A DNA stretch of 63,808 nucleotides, filler included, from Reticulomyxa filosa (Eukaryota; Protista; Foraminifera): assembly GCA_000512085.1 (NCBI GenBank). It is 18 parts of 18 records of this genome, joined end to end, with 100 filler letters (N's around TTAATTAATTAA, not from the genome) between each part and the next. Parts side by side here need not be neighbours in the genome. Positions count along the whole stretch, not along the records: positions 42,980 to 56,838 come from ASPP01011827.1; positions 56,939 to 57,967 come from ASPP01005722.1; positions 58,068 to 62,318 come from ASPP01015562.1; positions 62,419 to 63,808 come from ASPP01044932.1; 14 more parts are not named here. One strand, given 5' to 3'. Shown one piece after another: positions 52,560-63,808 of the stretch; the first letter of the stretch is position 1, and every line of letters starts with the position of its first letter. A program made the translations under genes and the position numbers. The notes under the pieces are model-generated. The model saw only the letters and a program-made list of their open reading frames with translations, did not search any database and was not told the origin of the DNA.

Positions 52560-53890
52560 ATGGAAGAGCAAGGCAGTGAAGCCGGGAACGTCTCAAAGAA
52601 TTTGAAGCGTCCTTTGTCTGAAATCGAGACTGACGACGAAGAAGGTTTGTCACCCGAAAAGAAAAAGCGAAAAGTCGAAAAAAGTGAGCCGTCCCAAGCT
52701 ACCACAGAAAGTGTACACGCTGATGTGGCTGGTGAGGTATTGTCAACAATTGAAGCAAATTCATCAAGCCTCAAACATGTAAAATCAAGTGATGATCTCC
52801 AAGACACAAATTTGTGAGTTTATCTGTAATATTTTTTGTATTATCTTCTCAAAAGCAAAACAGTTAAAAAAAAAAAAGAGCTGGATCTGCACCTGGAGCG
52901 GAGGCATCATCGTCCAGGCCATCTCAGCAGCAAGATCGTTCAAAGACAAAACGAACACAGGTATCACAGTACACAACACAAGAGGAATGGCAAATACCGT
53001 TATGGCAACCAGTATATTCACAAGCTTATGTGCCCCCTGCCTTTGTGATACAGCCACCAATTCAACCCCTGTTTGGTAATCCTCCGTTTCTCTCTCAACT
53101 GCCATTACAACCTCAAGTTCCCTTTCCAACGGCAACAGTTCTACCGCAACAATATTCTCAGCGCTATTCGCAGCAATACCCTCAACAATATCCTCAACTC
53201 TATCATCAATACCTTCAGCAAATCCCTCAGCAGATCCCTCAGCCGGTCCCTCAGCAAATCCCTCAACAGGTCCCCCAACAAATCTTTCAACAGGTCCCTC
53301 AGCAAATCCTTCAACAGGTCCCTCAGCAAATCCCTCAACAAGTGCAATACTCTCAGCCTATTCCTGTTGCGCATGTTCCTCCACAATCCCATGTCGAGCA
53401 AGAACGACCAAAAAAACCTGTTTCCAGACATACTATCATCATGCAAGAACTTCGACGTCAGACAAGCTGTTGCTGTTGCTGTAGCTACCTCACTGTGCTC
53501 AGTTTCTCGATCAGAAAATTTTTTTGTTTTTGTCCGAGTCAGACAAACACATACTTTGGATGCCTCTTTTTTGTTTTGTTTGTGACTGGACTTTTAGGAC
53601 TGCTGCTAGTATTGGAAATATTCATTCATCTTGTGGCTTTATCCACCTGTTTGTTCTTTGAACAGTACTGGCATTTTATACTGTGGCTCGCTTCATTTTA
53701 CTACGGCTTTAAAGCTGCATATTGGTTGGAAGAAAAATATTTGGTCACGTATTCCACGTTTATGATGGGATGGTCAATTTTTTATATGCTATTGGCAAGG
53801 CAAATGCCTTCACTTTTTTTGGTTGTCATCAAACAGCGATACATTTATTCTGTCTTGCAAAATATAATTGGTGTTGTTCAAAAGGGTTAA
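52560..53890 (+). CDS. Protein with a basic NLS-like N-terminus, QQ(I/V)P repeats, Cys cluster and about 4 TM helices
   Basis: Exon 52560-52813, intron 52814-52878 (GTGAGT..AAAAG) and exon 52879-53890, which joins in frame into the 53030-53890 ORF. Confidence 0.78.
53150..53345 (+). repeat. Coding 12-nt tandem repeat (CAGCAAATCCCT-like) encoding QQIP/QQVP
   Basis: Visible degenerate 12-mer tandem array. Confidence 0.85.
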
Positions 53891-54146
53891 TGAGGCAGGA
53901 TCCAAACGTTGAAAAAGCAGAGTAAAATTTTTTTTAAAAAAGACGGAAATTTTCATTGTCATTAATTATTCGCATTTTTGAAGGAATATACATTTCAAAA
54001 GCTATTATTTTTTAAAAAATTTGTTTGCTTTCAATCAGTGCACTTCTTGTTCTCGTTGTTTGGGTTTATCTCGTTAGAAATTGTATTTCAAGTCAAAAAA
54101 AAAACAGTTGGCCCATAAATTTGAAAAATCACTCAAAAAGGTAATG

Positions 54147-56777
54147 TTAAAACCAATTGCTTTCGTAATGTGGGCCACTTCTCATTTGACACACTTTGTT
54201 TGGAATTCCCTCATCTGCTACTAATTTTTGCAATTCATGCACTCTCATGTCACTCAAAGATAATAGGTTGCCTCTCTTCAGCCCATTGTCTTCTTCTCCG
54301 TGGTTATCCAAATACGGACTGTTGAATATCGCAGCTGCATGTTCGTACATTAATACTACACTGGACATTTGTAACCACAAAAACATTCCTTTTCCTCGGC
54401 CACAAGATTTGGAATGAACGGTTAGTCCTCCTTTCCCACTTACACGACAGCAATCAATGCACAGGAACTCTCCGCAGAAAAGGCATATCGCACTTCGGAC
54501 TGGAGTTTTTCCGCCTGAGCATTTCTCTTTGTAAGCTCTCTATTAACAAGCAAAGTAAAGTAAAGTAAAGCAAAACAAGCAATATATACATACATATGTA
54601 TATATACTATGTATCACCGAACTTTAAAGATGGGATCAAACAAACGAGGCAAAGTTGCCAAAGATACAGGACGAATGGAATCAATACCGTGTATCCTTAG
54701 GATGTATTTGCGCTCATTTGGAGTGAAATGTTCGAAATAGTTTTTCGTCCAAAACTTTGAGATTGGTAAAAACCTTTGATTTCCGCCGGTCAATTCTTGT
54801 GGAGATTTTTCATTTTCACTGAAAACGTGGCCAACATATTCTTCAAGTGTTGGCAAGCATAATCTCGCGCAAATATCATCGCACTCAATCAGGACATCTT
54901 CCGGCTCGTACATAGTGTCAGTTTTTGTATCCGACGAAGACGATTGGACATTTTCCGAAAGAGTGCAGGTCCACAACAATTTGGAATCCAATTCCGTTAG
55001 TCCACAGGAATACAATAAGATATAACATTTTCGCAAGAATGGCAATACATGGAAGGATAAATGTTGAACCACTTCTTGCAGTTTGTTTCCATTGCCACTT
55101 TCTAATATCTTTTGCATCATGACAAGCCATTCCGATGGTGTCTGCTTTGCACATTGCTCAAGGTCAATCTTTTCAGTGACCGCGACATGTGAAATGGTCA
55201 CTTGCAAGATTTTCCACACATAGCAACTCAGCAACAAGTGATAAATGTCATTAACGACGAACAAGTTTTGTTCCAACGGAGGGATATCCACTTCCATCGA
55301 CTGCACCGACGACTGTTCTACCACGTCACTGCTGGTAGAGCGTATGGAAGACAAGCTGGTCGAAGTCAGTTCCGCTTTCTTTTTTTCGGTCATTGAAAAC
55401 GCGTGTGGATGCGTCAATAGCCCTCTTACCACTACATTGAATGGTTCTTGGGTATGCACAATGTTTTTATAATTGGTGATATCGGTTTTCTTTTTCCCAT
55501 TACATATATACACACATACATATATGTATACACAAATAAATATATGTGCAGAGTTAAACATATAATATTTTGGTTGTTTCTCTCAATTAAAGCAATAAAG
55601 AAACGATATATAAACAGAAAGACGTATACATATATGTATATATAAAAGTAATTGGAGAACTGTTTCTTTCATTTCTTCCGATTCACGTGCTTGAGAGATG
55701 ACTTCACTCTAAAGTAGGAAACAAAAAGCAAGAACAATGGAGATACAACATCCTCCCTCTCTCCCTCCCTCCCCCCCCCCTTCAAGTAAAAATTTGTTTT
55801 TATAAGTAGACATACCACCCTCGATTTGATCCCTCCCAAAGACCAAGAAGACCATCTGTTGGCATCTATTGGTTGGCTTTCTGATGCTTCGTTACTGGCG
55901 GCTTGGACCGACGAGGGACCAAACAGTGCTTCCAAAACAGTCCAGCTATTCTGATACAGATCATCCATTCCAGGATTGGAAAATAAGACTTGTTTCGTGT
56001 GCGCCTGCTTTTGCAGGGAATACACCGCAAACAACCGCCAGATATTGGAAATGATGGTATTGTTCAATTGCAGCGTCCTCGGCAGTTTGTCTTGGATTTC
56101 TTTGCGACTGTAGTTGCGGAAACGTGTTTCCAAAGAGCTGATATTGTAAGCCAGTATATTGCATAACAGCGACGGCAACAGGCGATCTTGCACTTGTTGC
56201 GGAGTACTTTTCAATTCTTTCCATCCAAAGTGCTGTGCGTCTATGTTCTTTTCGTTCGTATAAAATGATATATTCTTGATACGGGAAAAGCATTCTTTTA
56301 TTACGGCTTCGTGTCTTTGCGTTATGTATTTCGACAACTGTGCCATTACTTGTTTGTTTTCTTTTTTATCGACCATGTGCACTTCATTTATTAATTATTT
56401 AATCATTTTTATTTTTTTTTATTTTTTATTTTTTTATTTTTTTTTTTTTGGGGGGGGGGGTAATAAGTTTAATGAAACAAGTTTTAGTTTTGGTAAAATG
56501 TTTTGAATATTCACAACACAGAATAAAGAAATTGTATACATATTTTCTTCCACCAACCGTCTTGAGAGCCATCTTTATTGCCGTCATTGATGGCTTCAGT
56601 CACGAGTTGGTGCTGACTTCTAATTGTTTCTGGAACACTGAAGAATGAAGACTTTGCTGGTAATAGCATTCCCATTTGCCCATACACGTGCAATGGCTTG
56701 TCGGACAGTCGCGAGTTGCGATGAACCGATTCCATTGGGATTAACAAGTTCGACAATGTCTGGTCGATTCGATTCAA
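54147..56777 (-). CDS. UBR1/2/3-family E3 ubiquitin ligase (N-degron pathway), C-terminal part
   Basis: C-terminal AICLFCGEFLC..HSKSCG..FL and SPYLDNHGEEDNGLKRGNLLSL, LPFLRK..L, and SNLLIP just after the RING. At least 4 exons. Confidence 0.88.
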
Positions 56778-56794
56778 TTCAATTCAATTCAATC

Positions 56795-56833
<39 letters not shown>

Positions 56834-56938
56834 AAAAANNNNNNNNNNNNNNNNNNNNNNNNNNNNNNNNNNNNNNNNNNNNTTAATTAATTAANNNNNN
56901 NNNNNNNNNNNNNNNNNNNNNNNNNNNNNNNNNNNNNN

Positions 56939-57967
56939 CAGCTGGTTGGCGAGGCCAAAGAATTTGCCCTCGTGGATCCCCACGCCGAACTCCACCGCCT
57001 TGGGCACCAGCGCGTAGTCCTTGAAGCGGATGTCGGCCAGCACCTTGCCGCTGTACTGGTCGATGTGCAGCGTGGCCTCGTTGCGCGGGTCGTCGGGGAA
57101 TACCGACACGGTAAACACGCCTTCGTCGCCGTCCGGCAGCGCGATGTTATAGCCGGGCACCACGCCACGGGCGTTGGCGGTGTCCACCACCTGCTGCAGC
57201 GCAATCTGCGGCGTAGCCGCTTGCGGTACGGCGCCTTTGTGCGCGGCGTGCGGGTCGGTGGATTTGGGCAGCGGGCTGGGCTCTACCGCCCACGGCACGA
57301 TTTTTTCGGCGGTGCTGTTCAGGCTGATGGCCTTTTTGTCGGACTTGGGCACGTCGTCCCACATCTGCGCCGGGAACTGGCTCCACACCGCGGCAAACTT
57401 CTCGCCCCAGTAGCCGGTCCAGGTCAGGCCGGACAGCAGCATGAACAGCAGGAAGATGGCGCTCCAGAAACCGGTAACGGCGTGGATGTCACGCCAGAAG
57501 GCGCGGCCGCCGGCGCTGAAGCGCGGCCAGAATACCGCCAGCTTGCCGCGCCCGCGCGGCCACCACAGGTACAGACCGGACACCAGCAGCACCAGCGCCC
57601 AGCTGGTGGCCAGCTCCACCAGCAAGTCGCCCTGCTTGCCGATCAACAGCTCACCGTGCAGTTTCAGCATGATGGCTTGCAGGTTGTTGTTCTCGTCCAG
57701 CGCGCCCAGCACGGTGCCCTGATATGGATCGACGTACACACCGAGCTTGGCCTCGGCGGTCTTGATGATCACCTTGGCACTGGCGTCGGCTTCGGCCGGC
57801 GGCTGATAACGCAGCACGCTGGCGCCCGGGTACTGCGCCTTCACCGCCGCCACCAGGTGGTCGGCCGGGTGCGCCGGGGTGCTGGCGGCCGGTACCGTCA
57901 GCAGGCTGCCGTACATCAGCTGGTCCAGCTGCGGCTTGAACAGGTACACCATGCCGGTGATGGCCAG
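56939..57967 (-). CDS. Bacterial PepSY-associated TM-helix (iron-regulated membrane) protein, internal fragment
   Basis: VYVDPYQGTVLG, LHGELL, SGLYLWWPR, RDIHAVTG, IDQYSGKVL and GIHEG..FG motifs; GC-rich. Confidence 0.93.
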
Positions 57968-58858
57968 NNNNNNNNNNNNNNNNNNNNNNNNNNNNNNNNN
58001 NNNNNNNNNNNTTAATTAATTAANNNNNNNNNNNNNNNNNNNNNNNNNNNNNNNNNNNNNNNNNNNNCCCCCCCCACCAAAAAAAAAAAAAAATTATATA
58101 CATTTTAACGTAACACGTATGTATTGGTTACAAATCTCAAACTTTACCCCCCCCTTTTTTTTTTTTTTTTTTTGCTTTGGGCACCGTTTTGTGCGAGCAA
58201 ATTTTTCCTTGTACCCCCCCCCCTTTTTCTTTTTTTGTTCATTATTATTCCTTTTTTTTTGTTACTCTTTTAAAAGAAAAAAGGGATGAAATCGATTTTT
58301 GATGTATTTTTCAATGTCATTTGTGAACTTTTTTTAACAGACTGCACGCAGGAGGAGCGGTTTGGGTGGGCTAAAAAAAAAAATAACAAATTGACAGGAA
58401 AAAAACTATTTCTCCTACTACTTTAATTTTTTTACTCCTTTATTTGATTCTTTTTATGATCAACTTACATTCTTTGCTGCGAATGGACGTTGCACGCCGT
58501 TCTATTGTTTTGAAAATTTCTGACCTCTCCTTAAGTATGGCACAAACAAAAATTATGTGAACAGTTTTTAACATATTCTCTAGATTAAATATAGACCAAT
58601 GTCGTTTTGACATTTGAATAAATCTTGTTGATGTTTTGTTGTTTCTTAGAGAACAGAATCCTACAAGCAATTTGACAAGCCATTAAAAAAATCAATCCAT
58701 TGAGCCAAAAAAGATCTAGAATAAGTGCGAGGGTCGTTTCAAAAGGTCAGAATTCTCAATTTGTAATCGTAAGAAAACGCGTCTTTGAAAAAGTACTGAC
58801 GTCAAACAAACAAGGTTAGTAAGACTTAATCAATCATCTTCATCCAAACAGGGCAACA

Positions 58859-61542
58859 ATGGCTTCTAATCTTCGTATTTGGTTGAAGGAACACAAACTG
58901 GAATGGAACGAAGAGAAAAATTTAGAAGACGTATTTTCTAACGGGTACTTGCTGGGGCAACTCTTAACGAACCTTGAGTTTGGAGGACTAAACCAAAGTG
59001 CTTTTAGCAATAGTTTCTGTAACACGGACGACATTGAGGTACATTCCCATTAAATAAAACAATAAAATTTCACTTTAAAACTTTTAGATCATTGACTACA
59101 CAAAAATCTTCGACAAAATAGAAAGTGACACATAATTTTGAGACGGTATTTTTTTATTTGGGCAAAGGCGGCCTTGTAGTTAAAACAAAACAAATTCAAG
59201 ATATTGCTAAAGCGCTTCCAGGAGCAATTCAAAAACTTAATTTGTTTAAAAAATTTTTGTGGTATGTATCATCCCCACCAATTGGATTCGGACAATTCAA
59301 TAATATTTAAGTTTGAAAATGTGTAAAACATCATCTGTGATTTATTGAATCATAGCAACTTCTAACGCTCAACGCACCGAAATGAGTTCTTTTCCGGCAA
59401 TCTCTCAACAGTTATATTGTTAACTTTAACTTTGTAAACGTACCTAAATTTATTTTTAAAAATTTACAAGTTTTATCCATGTCAACCTTTGTAGGCTGCC
59501 TGCCTCGCGAAATAGAAGAATTGAAATGCATTTGAAAAAATTTTACGTGCATGGAACAAAATTGGAAAAACAACTCAGACAAAAAGAGCAATTTGAAGAA
59601 GAATTACAAGTTAGAGCATAACTTTTGATAAACATGTTCTCAGTTTTTGAAATAAACAATTTTTTAAAATAGAAAGAACGGAAAGCACAAAAGCGTGTAT
59701 TGCTTCAAAAAGCGGTTAAAAAAAAGCAACAAGAACGCGAGCTTGCCGATAAAATGAGTCGTCAAAATTGGCAGTCCAATCTAGTATCTAAAAAATGTTC
59801 ATACATTTTTTTCTACATTAAATAAAATTTAAATTTTGTTTTGTAACCTAATGATTTTAAACATAGGATAAAGCAAAAGAAAGAGCACAATACGACTTAA
59901 GATGTCAATTAGCGCAAAGAAATGCAAAAACGACAAACTGCCAAGCAAAGAAAACGACGTTAACACAAGAAACAAATAAAGAATTAGATGAATTTGAAAA
60001 TATGTTAGCAACCAAAGATTCGGAGGGTTCACCCCAAAACAACGATGAAAACTTTGTGAAAAAGGTTGGTGTGTTTGTCTTTCTATGCTCATCATCAATT
60101 CAAGAGAGATTACATAACTAAAATAGGAAGACAAGCAAGATATAGTGCAGTCAGATGAAGTGTTGCAATCTCAAAATGAGTTATTGGCAAACAATTATAA
60201 TTTTGTCGATGATTTTTTGTTTTAAAAACCCCTTTCACAACTACAGAAGCTTACAAAAAAAGATGGAATTGGAGAATTTTGCAGAAGAATACAAACAAAA
60301 TATTTCTTCAAAAATTGCAAGTGGCAAGGAAGAACGAAAAGAGGTAAAGTTTTGATAGAATATACCGTGCATATTTTACCGATTACACGTTAGCGAGCTT
60401 TAACATAAAAAACTGAAAAATACACATAATCTAATTTTGAGCTATCTTAACAATTATGTTTACTTTAAAACAGTATGCCGAGCGCAGACAAAAATTGTTA
60501 GAAGATGAAGCGAGCGCTCAGCAAACAATTCAAAACCAAAAAACACATGAGATAATAAATACCATGATGTCGGAACCTCCCAAACCTGTGCAAGAGTTTA
60601 ATAATAAACTAGCACAGTTGAGACAACTTTGTTGCAAGCTTTAATTTACTTCTGATCCATATTTAAAATGCTAACTAAAATTGAATTTGTAGAATAGAAA
60701 AACATAAAGAAATATTTGCAAGAAATATTGAGTTGCAGAAAGACATGGAAAAGGAAAGAGAGAGAACAGATTCCATTGTCAAATTACGACGAGATCAAAC
60801 AATTTTCCAACAAGTGCAGGTTGTTAATGACTTAGTCGCTACCCTTTGTTTGGGAAAAAAAAAAACTGAAGAGAGGGAAAAGGGGAAAACAATAATAACA
60901 TTTAAAAAAAAAATTTTAGAAACGTCACCAAGCAAAGAAGGCCCAATTACTTGAAAGGATTGAGGAGAAGATTATAAAAAAAAAGCAGTATATTCATGCA
61001 CAAAATGAAAAGCATTGCCGTCAACTGGTACTGTCTTTGGTGGACCTGACATACAAGTGTATCTTGTATCGTCAATTGTCAGACGAAAAAGAAGTGCCAA
61101 GGCAGTTATGGAAAGAGTGGACATTGCAATTACAAAAGCACTTGCCCTTGCTCCCTCCGAAAAAAGAGGTACAAAATCTGGAACAATTGCAAAATGGTTA
61201 CTTTGACAGTACTTCGTCGGGAGAAGATGAAAATGTGCAAGATCCACAGCAACAGGTGGCTCACTATTGCAAATTACATATACGTATATATAAAATTTTT
61301 TTTTTTTTTTTTTTTGCAAATAAACAGTAAAGTAAGGAGGGGGGGGGGGGAAAAAAAAGGATTGAAGATCCAATGGAATTGACACGTATAATTGACGAGA
61401 AAAAAAATGCCACACCGAAATTAGCAAGATTGAATATGAATTAACAAACTCGTTCGATATAGCAATGAACGCAAATCGAAAGTTGATAGACGAAGCCGAG
61501 CTTAATGACTATTTGCGCGCACAAGGCGAGTGGTGCTATTGC

Positions 61543-61622
<80 letters not shown>

Positions 61623-62160
61623 CGAAGTAATTCCTCCATCAAATTCAAACCTTGGCCAAGGATTGACTAGTAAAACCGAGGAAACCAATGGCAAAAATGT
61701 AATGACACCCCTGAAATCAATATCGTCACCTCAATGCATTTTCGACAATGGCAATGAGCCGTCCATGAACGACTTGGGAAAAGTAGTCCAAGAAATCATC
61801 CAAGTGGCAGAAGGTCCCGATCCCAAGTTTGCCAGGATTGTGCCGCTGGTTCCCATTGTCATTGCTTTGATGGGGAAACCTTTTGCTGGCAAAACCACTC
61901 AGGCACAACTACTCGCAAATAAATACGCCTTGCAAATCTTGCATCCACAACACGCTATCCAACAATTGATTCAACCTCCTGATACTGTTTCGGTGTGACT
62001 TTATCTTTCCATTTGCACATGTTGTTTTTTCTTTTTTGCATAAAAAAAAAAAAAGTAATGGTAATGTGAACATTCTCCAGGACAATGTCGTAGACAGTAA
62101 CAACAGCGAACAAGTCAAAAGTGGAGACTCTGAACTTGCATCCAAAATTAAAGCAATTAA
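58859..62160 (+). CDS. SPEF2: SPEF2/CPC1-like axonemal central-pair protein (N-terminal CH domain, coiled coil, adenylate-kinase-like domain); 3'-partial, many small exons
   Basis: N-terminus LRIWL..VFSNGYLLGQLL..NF (SPEF2-type CH), charged coiled-coil exons, ELNDYL..QGEW and IALMGKPFAGKTTQAQLLANKY (ADK P-loop). Confidence 0.78.
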
Positions 62161-62235
62161 CTAAAAAAACAAAACGTTTACTTTTTTTTTTGGTATCTTT
62201 TTTGTATACGTTGCGCAGTTGTCTTTTTTCACAAT

Positions 62236-62318
<83 letters not shown>

Positions 62319-62509
62319 NNNNNNNNNNNNNNNNNNNNNNNNNNNNNNNNNNNNNNNNNNNNTTAATTAATTAANNNNNNNNNNNNNNNNNNNNNNNNNN
62401 NNNNNNNNNNNNNNNNNNAAAACATGTTTTTTTGTGTATCCCATTCAATGCTCATGTTGTCCTTGCTCTATATTTTCCCCCCTCCTTTCCCTCCCTCTAC
62501 TTTACTTAC

Positions 62510-62948
62510 TTTAGCATTTTCAGAGTAGGTTACCAAATGAACAATATCGTCATTCCTCAAATTTTGGATTATTTGAATTATACCTTCTTTTGCTGTTTCT
62601 AATGGAGCGCCTATTTAATTTTCATTTTTTTGTTTTGTTTTCAAGAAAGATGTTCATTTTATTGTTTGTGAAAGGGGAAAGGTGATTGCACTAACCATGC
62701 ATTGAGCCACTGGTGTCTAACACAATGGCGAGTTCCAAAGGAAGCATTTCCTTCAAAGTCGTATCTTGGGCCTCTGGAACAGCAATTTCAAATGACACCG
62801 GTAATCTCATTTGTTGGTTGTTTGTTATGTATGACGTCATCGGGGTTGCTGTTACAAGCGGGTCAACAGTAGCTGCCATTGGAGCCATTGTCCAACTTAT
62901 TATGAATATTGTTAGCAAGATTGCTACAATTTTCTTCAAAATCTTCAT
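62510..62948 (-). CDS. Secreted VWA-domain protein; 3'-partial
   Basis: Signal-like MKILKKIVAILLTIFIISW and MIDAS LAIVLDTSGSM. Next exon (62610-62510) reads GAPLETAKEGIIQIIQNLRNDDIVHLVTYS. Confidence 0.88.
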
Positions 62949-63808
62949 TATTCTTCTAATTCAAACAAATAAACAAAGAAAAGAAAGACGTTTCGTTTTT
63001 AACAGATTGAGTTTTTTACTTCTTTTGAGTTTCCTTAATTTTGCTCAATTGTTCAAGCAACTCAGGTTTAAAGGTCAAGCACAGCACAAATTTGCTACGA
63101 ATAGTTTTTATATTATATTTCAATCAGAAATTTCAATACTTGAGAGATTTGTTGATAGTTTGACAATGCATAAGTTTTCCAATTTAATGGCATTTGAACT
63201 CAAACTAAATGTAAAATTGGTAGTTATTTCTTTAATCTTATTGTATCCCTTTCAAATTAAAATTAAGACAAAAACAATTTACTTCTATTGAAAAAAAAAT
63301 CACTTTTCTTTGTTCGAAATTATTTCTTAAACAGGAGAAAATACAAAGCATTCCGTACTATTTCGATTTAATGTAGCATTCTTTGTGACATTGTTATGTC
63401 TGGCAATTTGTGGGGGCTTGGTAGGGATATCAAATTCATCGGGTTTGCAAATCCATCCAATACATCGCTTCTATAACAGTAGCAAAAGCATTTAATTTGT
63501 TGGGTTTTGGCCTTTGAATGATGATAAGATAAAAAAGAAAAGCAATAAATGCACAACCCAAGAAAAGTGTATGTCGAGAAAATCTCGTGTACAATAAATT
63601 AACCTTTTCAATAATGAAATTTGCAAATCATTATTATATTTGACATTATTTTTTTGGAACCAGTGTAATATTTCTGACAATGCAAGCAACACTTTTATAT
63701 TATTGCTAAATTGTCTAGTAATTCGTAAATCAAATTTTCGTCAGAAATAATGATTCTTTTTGACTTATGATTGAATTTTATCGTTGTAATTACAAATTAA
63801 TAATAATA

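Overview
This window is not contiguous DNA. It is 18 short contigs joined by 17 identical 100-nt spacers (N44-TTAATTAATTAA-N44), so adjacency across spacers has no biological meaning. Fifteen contigs are AT-rich, intron-rich eukaryotic DNA with long microsatellites and homopolymers. The style suggests a rhizarian/foraminiferan protist such as Reticulomyxa filosa, but this is inferred, not verified. Recognisable eukaryotic genes include a soluble-adenylyl-cyclase/STAND protein with a PH domain inserted in it, the 5' end of a casein kinase 1 with a 23-nt micro-exon, and a three-site cGMP-dependent kinase beginning MGAC. There is also an ADP-ribosyltransferase-fold protein, an MPG/AAG-like protein, a PXA-PX-Nexin_C sorting nexin, VPS52, an SRCR-like/PT-repeat secreted protein and a decayed LINE RT. 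The rest include a very large P-domain/beta-helix/multi-TM surface protein, a UBR-family E3 ligase, SPEF2 and a secreted VWA protein. Three GC-rich contigs are bacterial: a polysaccharide deacetylase, a Neisseriales-like rpoC and a PepSY-TM protein. The most interesting signals are the PH-in-STAND cyclase, introns with U-rich 5' and A-rich 3' halves and no polypyrimidine tract, the variant ART family protein, and the giant adhesin fused to an XK-like membrane bundle. All domain calls come from reading motifs by eye; no searches were run.
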